DNA of 64,000 bases from Rickettsiales bacterium (GTDB lineage: Bacteria > Pseudomonadota > Alphaproteobacteria > Rickettsiales > JABCZZ01), in the NCBI GenBank assembly GCA_035765535.1, contig DASTXE010000004.1, positions 189,137 through 253,136 of the forward strand. Direction: 5' to 3'. The position numbers were made by a program, and so were the translations under genes. Under the pieces are notes generated by a model. That model was not told the origin of the DNA. It did not search any database and saw nothing but the letters and a program-made list of their open reading frames with translations. Position 1 is the stretch's first letter. Every line of letters starts with the position of its first letter. Below, in pieces: positions 56,436 to 64,000 of this stretch.

Positions 56436-58103
56436 ATGCCGGAAGAAGCACTCGATCGCTTATCGTTTGCAAACGCCCCCCAAATCCCTACGCCTGAATT
56501 ATTGACGATCGTCGATAATTTATGCCGTGGCAGTATCACCCATCCGGAGAACAGCGCCAAATGGCAAAAAGTAATTGACCGCATTAATGAAACGCTCGGC
56601 CCCGAGAAGTCGATTACCGTTTTAACACCGGATGCGATCGGGCATTTGCCCGCCAGAGAGAATCTGCGCTTTTCCGATCTGGGAAGAATATGCGTGGAAG
56701 CAGCCAGTGAATTGTCGCCGGAAGCTATGCATAAACTGATGTTAGGGATTCATGGCAGGGTTTCCGATGCTGGAGAGACAAACGAAGCGCTGGCTTGGGG
56801 AAATCTGCTCAATATGATCAGCTCTGTTATAGACCGCCACTGGGCACCGGAGAAACATTCAGCTCTGATAGAATTGGAACGAGTAAATTCTCCCTCCCAA
56901 AGCAGCGCGTGGTTACAGCGCGCCAATACAGGGCTTATCTACTGCGAAAATAAGAAAGAAATTATTGATTTTATTACATCCCTCTCCCCCCAGGAACGCC
57001 AGAGGATGGAAGGAACCCGCGACACGCGGATCATAGGACTGGATAAGGGCCATACTGTAACATTTCCTCTAATTGGCAAAGCCGGAGTAGTGGAAAGATT
57101 AGAAAAGAACTGGAATAAGGTTCACCCACGCGACCAGAATCTGCCGGATACACAGCTTCTTTACGAGGGTATCTACAAACTGGTCAAAGCGGCCAAGGAA
57201 AAGGCGGATAAAGAACACAAGCCTTTGCGTATTATTATCGGAGAAACTCATCTGGACAGGACAGCCCTGCTGCCCATGGCAATGCTGACCCTTGCATGTA
57301 AACGGGCAGGTATTCATACCGTCGGCGTTGAATTGTTTCCCCGCCTGCCAGATACAGAGGAGCAGGCAGGCAAACAGTCTTCCCCCTTACAGCAGACCAA
57401 TCCGCCTGAAGTCCCTACCCAACGGACAGACAGCGAGAAAGATTGGCCGCAGAGCCGGCTGGATCATGCAACTATATTGGATTTTGAAACTACGCTGGAA
57501 AATATCAGGCAATGCGGCGAGAAATATCTATCCGAAAAAGACGATGCGCATTCTTTCTGCCCCGGCGCGGCACGCAAGAATTTTGAATTTATCATGCAGC
57601 TGGCATATCGTGAGAATATGCAATCCCTGCCTAACGACCCGCTGGGCCAGCTGGCCTATAGAGCCGAGACAACCAAAGAGGAAATGACGACTACCCGTGA
57701 AGGGGCGATGAAGACATGGATAACAGATACAAAAGGCAGTTATGCAGCCATGTATGGCAGCTATCATCTGGGAAACCTGCTGCAACAGGGAGTGTATAAC
57801 GATCCGGATGCCGTATATTTACCCCTCAATCTTTCACAAAGCATCGACATCGCACGCGAGTCTTTTGAAAGCGGTACCCAGGAAGGCATAGCCCAGCCAA
57901 ATTTCCTGTTTGCGGCAGACCTGCAACGAGGCGGGTTAGAGAAAATACAATTCGGACAAATCAATCATCTTGTGGTGGAAGGTTATTGCCGCACAGCAGA
58001 AATTGCCCTGAACGCTGCAATTGCAGCGGACCGTGCTTTCGAACGAAAGGAATTCTGCCGGAAAATGGGTATTCCGACAATGAGTGAGGGCAGAAGCCGG
58101 TGA
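56436..58103 (+). CDS. 555-aa hypothetical protein with possible ChaN/Tiki/EreA-superfamily core
   Basis: LRIIIGETHLDRTALLPMAMLTLACKRAGIHTVGVELF (GExH ... E) and AAMYGSYHLGN (GxxH) recall the two-histidine signature of that superfamily. Nothing else recognised. Confidence 0.55.
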   Translation: MPEEALDRLSFANAPQIPTPELLTIVDNLCRGSITHPENSAKWQKVIDRINETLGPEKSITVLTPDAIGHLPARENLRFSDLGRICVEAASELSPEAMHKLMLGIHGRVSDAGETNEALAWGNLLNMISSVIDRHWAPEKHSALIELERVNSPSQSSAWLQRANTGLIYCENKKEIIDFITSLSPQERQRMEGTRDTRIIGLDKGHTVTFPLIGKAGVVERLEKNWNKVHPRDQNLPDTQLLYEGIYKLVKAAKEKADKEHKPLRIIIGETHLDRTALLPMAMLTLACKRAGIHTVGVELFPRLPDTEEQAGKQSSPLQQTNPPEVPTQRTDSEKDWPQSRLDHATILDFETTLENIRQCGEKYLSEKDDAHSFCPGAARKNFEFIMQLAYRENMQSLPNDPLGQLAYRAETTKEEMTTTREGAMKTWITDTKGSYAAMYGSYHLGNLLQQGVYNDPDAVYLPLNLSQSIDIARESFESGTQEGIAQPNFLFAADLQRGGLEKIQFGQINHLVVEGYCRTAEIALNAAIAADRAFERKEFCRKMGIPTMSEGRSR

Positions 58104-58160
58104 TTATATAGCGTATAACTGATACGTGAGCTTCGAGCACAAAAGCAACGCAATGGGGGG
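58091..58160. repeat. palindromic element B, partial/degenerate copy 3
   Basis: agcgtataactgatacgtgagc matches the B core agcgtaca..gtacgtgagc. The inner hairpin is kept by a C-G to T-A swap. Confidence 0.5.
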
Positions 58161-58189
58161 TAATCGTAGCAGAAGTTTGATAAGGAGAA

Positions 58190-58263
58190 TGGAGCGGGTG
58201 ATGGGAATCGAACCCACGTATTCAGCTTGGAAGGCTGATGTTCTACCATTGAACTACACCCGC
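58190..58263 (-). tRNA. tRNA-Gly (anticodon TCC)
   Basis: Hand-folded. Acceptor GCGGGTG/CACCCGC; D stem GTTC/GAAC; anticodon stem TCAGC/GCTGA with loop CTTCCAA; T arm GTGGG-TTCGATT-CCCAT; encoded CCA. Confidence 0.92.
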
Positions 58264-58314
58264 GCGGGGGAAATAGGGTTATAAGTACCGGGCAGGGAAA
58301 TTGCAAGGTTTACT

Positions 58315-59187
58315 TTAGCGCCTGCGCTCAATCCGTTCACCAAGCGCCAGTTTTATCAGGTGGTTAAGCTCCGCTCCGTAGATAAAAATGATATTGCTGA
58401 CATAGAAAAACAGCAGCGCCGCAATAATGCCGCCGAGCGATCCGTAAATCAGGTTCACCTGCCGGAACTGCGAGATATAGAGCGACAGCAGCCGCGCGGA
58501 AAGCAACCACAGAAACGTCACCACAAAAGCGCCGGGCACTACGGATTGCAGGCTCTGCTTAATATTGGGCAGGAAATAATACGCGGCCGCCACCACCAGG
58601 AAAATCGCAAGCAGCGATGCATGCGTGAGCTGGTCACCGAGTGCGGTATCCATCTGTATATGCTTGGCCAGAAACGGCAGTTTCTCCCACGCAAGCGGTA
58701 CGCCCACCAACACCAGCATGAACACCACCAGCACGAAAGACAGGATCAGCGTCTGCGCAATGGAAAGCAGCCGCCGCCATATGTAAGCAGGCGGTGAAGT
58801 GACATCGTAAGCCCGGTTCAACACCGTGCGGTAGCCTTCCAGCTCGGAGGAAGACGTCCAGATTGCTCCCACGATCGAAATGGTCAGAAGCCCTTGGGGC
58901 GGGCCGGAAATAATCTCGGCAATGCGGGGTTTAAGCGCCTGCACCATATCGTGCGGCAAATAGCTGAAAAACAGCCGGATAAACTCATTCCCCGCCTGCC
59001 CTTCCCCAAAAAAGCCCGCAAGCGCCACAATGAACACCAGGAACGGGAACAGCGCCAGCAGCCCCAGAAACGCCAGATATCCGGCATGTTCGATGCCGTC
59101 ATGGCGCACGGTATTGACTGCGGCCTTACCCAGCAAACCCAACAATGTTTTTGCTGACAGTATGGGGGTTCCTTGATATTTTTGCAT
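58315..59187 (-). CDS. YihY/BrkB-family inner-membrane protein (formerly RNase BN-like)
   Basis: 290 aa with six hydrophobic helices and a YihY-like N-terminus (VRHDGIEHAGYLAFLGLLALFPFLVF). Confidence 0.8.
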   Translation of the reverse strand: MQKYQGTPILSAKTLLGLLGKAAVNTVRHDGIEHAGYLAFLGLLALFPFLVFIVALAGFFGEGQAGNEFIRLFFSYLPHDMVQALKPRIAEIISGPPQGLLTISIVGAIWTSSSELEGYRTVLNRAYDVTSPPAYIWRRLLSIAQTLILSFVLVVFMLVLVGVPLAWEKLPFLAKHIQMDTALGDQLTHASLLAIFLVVAAAYYFLPNIKQSLQSVVPGAFVVTFLWLLSARLLSLYISQFRQVNLIYGSLGGIIAALLFFYVSNIIFIYGAELNHLIKLALGERIERRR

Positions 59188-59209
59188 ACGCCCCTATATA
59201 TAAGTCGTT

Positions 59210-59602
59210 ATGTACACAAAAACCACAAAAGATATCAAGGTAACGGTCTCTCCGCACTACCTCGACAACCAATCGGAACCCGATGAGGATCTGTATGTAT
59301 GGGCTTACACCATCCATCTGGAAAATCACGGGAAAGACACCGTCAAACTGCTGAACCGCTACTGGCGCATCACCGATAGTTTCGGCCGTGTGCAGGAAGT
59401 GCGCGGTGCGGGCGTGGTCGGCGAAAATCCCGTGCTTGCGCCGGGTGAAGCTTTCGAGTATACCAGCGGCGTACCGCTGAAAACCCCCTCCGGCATCATG
59501 ATGGGCACCTACGAAATGGCATTGGAAAACGGCGAGAAAATCGAGATCGACGTTCCCGCCTTTTCACTCGACAGCCCGTTCGTCATGGGTAAACCGAATT
59601 AG
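59210..59602 (+). CDS. apaG: ApaG protein
   Basis: 130 aa with [29 protein letters not shown]...[27 protein letters not shown]. Confidence 0.9.
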   Translation: MYTKTTKDIKVTVSPHYLDNQSEPDEDLYVWAYTIHLENHGKDTVKLLNRYWRITDSFGRVQEVRGAGVVGENPVLAPGEAFEYTSGVPLKTPSGIMMGTYEMALENGEKIEIDVPAFSLDSPFVMGKPN

Positions 59603-59622
59603 AGATCATAAAAGGATTGGTA

Positions 59623-60114
59623 ATGGCAAAGAAGAAGTCTCCGCCTGTTGCGATTATTATGGGCAGCCAGTCCGACTGGGAAACCATGATCCACGCTTCG
59701 GAAAAATTGGACGAACTGGGCGTGGACCATGCCTGCCATATCATCTCCGCACACCGCACGCCAGACAGGCTTTACAGCTTCGCCAAATCCGCCAAAGATG
59801 AAGGCATTAAAGTAATCATCGCCGGTGCTGGCGGTGCGGCGCATCTGCCGGGCATGGCTGCTTCCATGACGCCGCTGCCCGTGCTGGGCGTGCCGGTGGA
59901 AAGCAAAACCCTCAAAGGCATGGATAGCCTTCTCTCCATCGCTCAGATGCCTGCAGGCATACCGGTCGGCACGCTGGCCATCGGCAAGGCAGGCGCGGTC
60001 AACGCAGCCTTGATGGCGGTGGCTATTCTTGCCCTTTCCGACGAAGGGCTCGCGAAGAAGCTCGCCGCTTTCCGCGACAAGCAAACCAAATCCGTCAAGC
60101 AGGCCCCGCAATGA
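59623..60114 (+). CDS. purE: N5-carboxyaminoimidazole ribonucleotide mutase
   Basis: Start set at the ATG preceded by [19 protein letters not shown] ... SAHRTPDRL ... [10 protein letters not shown]. Confidence 0.93.
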   Translation: MAKKKSPPVAIIMGSQSDWETMIHASEKLDELGVDHACHIISAHRTPDRLYSFAKSAKDEGIKVIIAGAGGAAHLPGMAASMTPLPVLGVPVESKTLKGMDSLLSIAQMPAGIPVGTLAIGKAGAVNAALMAVAILALSDEGLAKKLAAFRDKQTKSVKQAPQ

Positions 60115-61181
60115 TCCGCCCCGGCGCAACCATAGGCATTATCGGCGGCGGCCAGCTCGGCCGCATGACAGCCATGGCGGCGGCGGAACTGGGTTATCTC
60201 GCGCATATCTACACGCCGGAAACGGACTCTCCCGCCTCACAGGTTGCCCACAAAACCACCGTGGCCGCCTATGACGACCAGGAAGCCCTGCGGGTCTTCG
60301 CAAGCGATGTGGATGTGGTGACATTCGAGTTCGAAAACGTGCCGCATGAATGCCTGGAATTACTGGAACAGCAAAAGCCGGTCTTCCCGAATGCGAATGT
60401 GCTGAAAGTCGGGCGTAACCGCATACGCGAGAAAAGTTTCATCAATGCGCTTGGCATTGGAACGGCCAAATTCCGCACCGTCACCTCGCTTGAGGAACTG
60501 AAGCAGGTCGCAACAGAAATCGGTTTTCCGTCTATCCTGAAAACGGCGGAACTGGGTTATGACGGCAAGGGACAGGTTACGATAAAAGATGAAGGAATGC
60601 TGGAAAGCGCGTGGAAGGCACTTCATACGCATGAGGCCATTCTGGAAGGTTTTGTCGACTTCCGCATGGAAATATCCGTGATCGTAGCGCGCGGGGAAGA
60701 TGGTGAAACCAGCGTCTATACGCCAGTGCAGAACAATCATAAAAACCACATTCTCAGCCAGACCATCGCTCCCGCCCCGCTGGAAAAGGAATTACTGGAT
60801 AAGGCAGAGGAAATCGCCCTCGCCATCACCAATGCGCTCGATGTGCGCGGACTTCTGGCCGTGGAAATGTTCGTCACGAAAACCGGAGAAGTGCTGGTGA
60901 ATGAAATTGCTCCGCGCCCGCACAATTCCGGCCACTGGACAATGGACGCCTGCGCGACCAGCCAGTTCGAGCAGCTCGTGCGCGCCGTATGCGGCCTGCC
61001 GCTGGGCAGCACGCAGCCTCTTTGCGCAGCAGAGATGCTTAACCTGATCGGCGACGATGTACTCGGAATCGAAAAATACCTCGCCAACAAATACGCGAAG
61101 CTTCACCTGTACGGCAAAAAAGAAAGCCGCCCCGGCCGCAAAATGGGCCATGTCAACATACTACATCTGACCAGAGAATAA
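60111..61181 (+). CDS. purK: N5-carboxyaminoimidazole ribonucleotide synthase
   Basis: 356 aa with ATGA overlap onto pur[13 protein letters not shown], an ATP-grasp core and [14 protein letters not shown]. Confidence 0.93.
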   Translation: MIRPGATIGIIGGGQLGRMTAMAAAELGYLAHIYTPETDSPASQVAHKTTVAAYDDQEALRVFASDVDVVTFEFENVPHECLELLEQQKPVFPNANVLKVGRNRIREKSFINALGIGTAKFRTVTSLEELKQVATEIGFPSILKTAELGYDGKGQVTIKDEGMLESAWKALHTHEAILEGFVDFRMEISVIVARGEDGETSVYTPVQNNHKNHILSQTIAPAPLEKELLDKAEEIALAITNALDVRGLLAVEMFVTKTGEVLVNEIAPRPHNSGHWTMDACATSQFEQLVRAVCGLPLGSTQPLCAAEMLNLIGDDVLGIEKYLANKYAKLHLYGKKESRPGRKMGHVNILHLTRE

Positions 61182-61237
61182 GTTTAGAACGCCTCCGCGT
61201 ATCCTCTCGCTAGGGTGATAAGCATTATTTATGGCAT

Positions 61238-61305
61238 GGAGGAGCGTAGCGACGACCTCTTTAGAGGGGTAGCGTAAGCGAAGGGGCGATCTATGCTCGC
61301 CCCTT
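61238..61305. repeat. palindromic element A, divergent copy 3, including a 9-bp GC hairpin between convergent purK and amtB
   Basis: ggaggagcgtagcgacgacc matches the head of copies 1 and 2. The tail hairpin aaggggcga-tctatgc-tcgcccctt corresponds to their gggggcg...cgccccc hairpin. Confidence 0.55.
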
Positions 61306-61316
61306 ATAATAAACCA

Positions 61317-62654
61317 CTACCCATAGATCATTTCGCCGTGCTGGCTCTGGTCGAGCCCGATACGCTGATCCGTATCGGACATCGCAAGCCCCATGACGGC
61401 TTTCACGATGCGCAACAGAATATAGCTCACAATCGCGCAATAGCCGATAGTGATGCCGACGGAAAGGCACTGGGCCAGCACCTGCTTCATATTGCCTTCC
61501 AGCGCGCCTTTGACGCCGCCAATGGCTTCCACGGCAAAGACCCCGGTCAGGATCGCACCGATGATACCGCCCACGCAATGCACGGCGAACACATCCAGCG
61601 TATCGTCGAATCCAAGCTTATATTTGATCTGCGTGCAGGAATAGCAGCATACCCCGGCAATCACACCAATCCAAAGCGCACCGCCTACATCCACAAACCC
61701 GCAGGCTGGTGTAATCGCCACAAGCCCGGCAACCGCGCCGGAAATAATGCCGAGCACGGTCGGCTTCTTGAAATGCAGCCATTCCACCACCATCCAGCCG
61801 ATGGCCGCAGCCGCGGTCGCCACATGCGTCACCAGCATCGCCATGCCTGCGCGATCGCCGGAAGTCACGGCAGAGCCGGCATTGAAGCCGAACCAGCCGA
61901 CCCACAGCATCGCCGCGCCCACAAGGCTCCAGCCGATATTATAAGGTGGCGTATTGCGGCGGCGGTTCTTGAAGTCGTATCCTTTGCCGAGCACAATGGC
62001 AGCCATCAGACCTGCGATACCGGCATTAATATGCACAACCGTGCCGCCCGCATAATCCAGTGTCGCTCCAAGGCCTAGAAGCCCCTGATAGCCGTCGATT
62101 CCCACGCCCCCAAGCCAGCCATGATCGCCCCAGACCCAGTGCGCAATCGGGATATAGACGAACGTGAACCACAGCACGATGAACAACAGCATCGATGCGA
62201 ATTTGATGCGCGTCGCCACCGCGCCCAGAATCAGCGCGCAGGTAATGGCGGCAAAGGTAAGCTGGAACATGATATAGACCGACTCAGGAATTGTGCCCGC
62301 CAGCCCGGAAACAGATTTCAGCGTGAGCCCATGCAGCAGCAGGCGGCTGTCACCTCCCAGAAACGCCGTTTTTCCCGCCGTGAATGCAAAGCTGTAACCG
62401 TAAGCCACCCACAGCACGCTCACCACACAACAGATGATAAAGCTCTGCGCCAGAACGCCCAGCACGTTTTCCTTGCTGACCATGCCGCCGTAAAACAAGG
62501 CTAGGCCAGGAATCAGCATCATCAGCACGAACGCCGTGGAAACAAGCATCCATGCCGTATCACCGGCATCGATTTTGACAGGAGCCGCATCGGCAAAACC
62601 GATTTGCGGCAGCAGACACGCGGCAAGGCACAGCAGGAATGACAGTTTTTTCAT
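61317..62654 (-). CDS. amtB: ammonium transporter (Amt family)
   Basis: Start set at the ATG that gives signal peptide MKKLSFLLCLAACLLPQIGFA. DYAGGTVVHINAGIAGL and 11 TM helices. Confidence 0.92.
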   Translation of the reverse strand: MKKLSFLLCLAACLLPQIGFADAAPVKIDAGDTAWMLVSTAFVLMMLIPGLALFYGGMVSKENVLGVLAQSFIICCVVSVLWVAYGYSFAFTAGKTAFLGGDSRLLLHGLTLKSVSGLAGTIPESVYIMFQLTFAAITCALILGAVATRIKFASMLLFIVLWFTFVYIPIAHWVWGDHGWLGGVGIDGYQGLLGLGATLDYAGGTVVHINAGIAGLMAAIVLGKGYDFKNRRRNTPPYNIGWSLVGAAMLWVGWFGFNAGSAVTSGDRAGMAMLVTHVATAAAAIGWMVVEWLHFKKPTVLGIISGAVAGLVAITPACGFVDVGGALWIGVIAGVCCYSCTQIKYKLGFDDTLDVFAVHCVGGIIGAILTGVFAVEAIGGVKGALEGNMKQVLAQCLSVGITIGYCAIVSYILLRIVKAVMGLAMSDTDQRIGLDQSQHGEMIYG

Positions 62655-62808
62655 ACAATACAGAAGAGTGGTTGGAATGGGCTTATTTAACACAAAGAAG
62701 GGGATGCTGTCACGGCAATTTATGGTAGTGCAGCGCACCTGGTTAACCATTGCGTAACTTTTACATGATAACGTATTGCAAAATCAATCTATAGCAAGGC
62801 CATCGACC

Positions 62809-63234
62809 ATGAGCTTTACCGGCAAAGCCGCTGAAAATCGTATTCGCAATAATCTGCGCTCAAGTTTTGTTGAAGAACCTGCAAGATCCGTCTTTGAAGC
62901 CGTCTTTAGCGGAGTAACACCGCAGGAGATTATCATCAGGGCTGAAAAGCTATACCAAGATGCTTTTTCTCTCGCAAGGAAAGGAGCGCCGGATGAAAAA
63001 CATATAACATACTGGCCAGCAGATGTATTGGAACCTCCAATCAGAGCGTTCCTTGACACTTTGGATCAGCTCGAGAATATCGCTGATAAGAACGATCTGG
63101 CCACATTCTGCCGTGCCGTCAAAGAACTATACCCCCCTGATGACGATAATCGAAGGGAAGAAGGCCGCGTTTTCAGCGAGGCATCTACTGAATTGAGGAA
63201 AGAAAAAGAACAGGGGAACACAAGATCTCGCTAA
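62809..63234 (+). CDS. hypothetical protein
   Basis: ~141-aa ORF from the first ATG. No motif recognised. Confidence 0.35.
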   Translation: MSFTGKAAENRIRNNLRSSFVEEPARSVFEAVFSGVTPQEIIIRAEKLYQDAFSLARKGAPDEKHITYWPADVLEPPIRAFLDTLDQLENIADKNDLATFCRAVKELYPPDDDNRREEGRVFSEASTELRKEKEQGNTRSR

Positions 63235-63747
63235 ACTGTCACAAAAACTTCACAATCCCCGGATTGTCGCAATTTTATATATCCTTTAAAATAGGAAGGT
63301 TAGGCTGTTGTTAACGTCATGCGTGTCTTTGCAAGAAGTTCACAAACCGTTAGCACGGCATAAGTAGGAAGACCTACCCGAGGGGGAAAAGGTTGTCCAT
63401 GCTCGACGGGCCGTTCGAGGGATTCATCCAGCAGCTCAACACGGATGATGTTCCGCCGACGGCGAGGGAGATTGAGTGCCTTCGTGTCGCCTACCGGATC
63501 TTCACTCCGGCAATCAGCATCCGAAACGCGGAATCAATCGCCGCAATCGGGCGCTACAGGAGTGAAACCTCGAACTACTCGCACACGGAACGGGCCGCAG
63601 GCATCCGTCTTCTGGTGCTGTTCCTGACCCTGCGGGCGCTCGCTGTCTGAGTGACCTGCCCCTTCTGACGCGCTGGCTCTCATAGCAACGCGCCCCGGCG
63701 GCCCTCCCCTTGTCTCTTCGGAGCGGGGGAGGTGTCCGTCATATTTT

Positions 63748-64000
63748 CTACTTCTTCTTTCCTGCTGGCTTCTTTGGCTTCTCCGCAGCTTTCTGCAGCT
63801 TGTCGATCTCATCGCGCAGGTGAGCCGCTTCTTCAAATTCCAGATTCGCCGCCGCCGCCAACATCTGCGTGCGCAGCCGCTCGATATGCGCCGCCAGATC
63901 CTTGCCGGAGAATTCAGGGATGGAATGATCCCTGTTGATATCCACCGTATAATGATCCTGCTCGTAAACGCTCTGCATCACGTCATGGATCGTTTTCTTC
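63748..64000 (-). CDS. uvrB: excinuclease ABC subunit B, C-terminal end (gene continues beyond the window)
   Basis: The frame is open to the window edge. ...TIHDVMQSVYEQDHYTVD... is followed by the UVR domain AAANLEFEEAAHLRDEIDKL. Confidence 0.85.
   Translation of the reverse strand, partial: KKTIHDVMQSVYEQDHYTVDINRDHSIPEFSGKDLAAHIERLRTQMLAAAANLEFEEAAHLRDEIDKLQKAAEKPKKPAGKKK

Noticed and set aside
62700-62760. Sigma-54 / NtrC-type promoter upstream of amtB (tggttaaccattgc, gtgcagcgcacc)
   Set aside because: The GG-to-GC spacing is one nucleotide short of the TGGCAC-N5-TTGC consensus. The motif is also on the wrong strand for amtB, and the putative NtrC box is not palindromic.
63235-63747. 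tmRNA, RNase P RNA or group II intron in the GC-rich gap
   Set aside because: I could not find the diagnostic motifs: a tRNA-like GGTTCGAATCC T-arm with ACCA, the RNase P GAGGAAAGTCC box, or an intron domain V.

Overview
This 64-kb chromosomal segment looks alphaproteobacterial, judged only from gene content (DUF1013 protein, ApaG, ETF-QO, ClpA, PurE/PurK, RpoZ, CysD/CysNC); no search was run. I support about 50 protein genes and two tRNAs (Tyr-GTA, Gly-TCC). Product calls come from motifs read in the supplied translations. Housekeeping blocks are interleaved with visibly lower-G+C accessory genes. These are a 992-aa orphan, a HAF-repeat autotransporter, an SF2 helicase with four C-terminal repeats, and an AT-rich islet holding a decayed metallophosphoesterase/NACHT-like gene next to tRNA-Tyr. 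They also include a 1404-aa internally duplicated membrane protein and a three-gene orphan block next to tRNA-Gly. No integrase, transposase, CRISPR array or rRNA is visible. The most unusual signals are three short repeat families. (A) A GC-rich double-hairpin element lies in-frame inside ampG. It also lies, in the opposite coding sense, inside a 1203-aa oxidoreductase, with compensatory stem changes between the copies, plus a divergent intergenic copy. This is behaviour like Rickettsia palindromic elements. (B) A ~120-nt imperfect palindrome has a conserved core and covarying arms; two of its copies bracket the tRNA-Gly accessory block. (C) A ~64-bp direct repeat flanks the helicase gene. 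Candidate undescribed systems are the repeat-flanked helicase beside the tRNA-Tyr hot spot, the giant duplicated membrane protein with its downstream zinc-ribbon/GNAT/ChaN-like genes, a GltD-PyrK fusion oxidoreductase translationally coupled to cysNC, and a tight DUF1013-ampG-orphan ABC ATPase-ATP-grasp operon.
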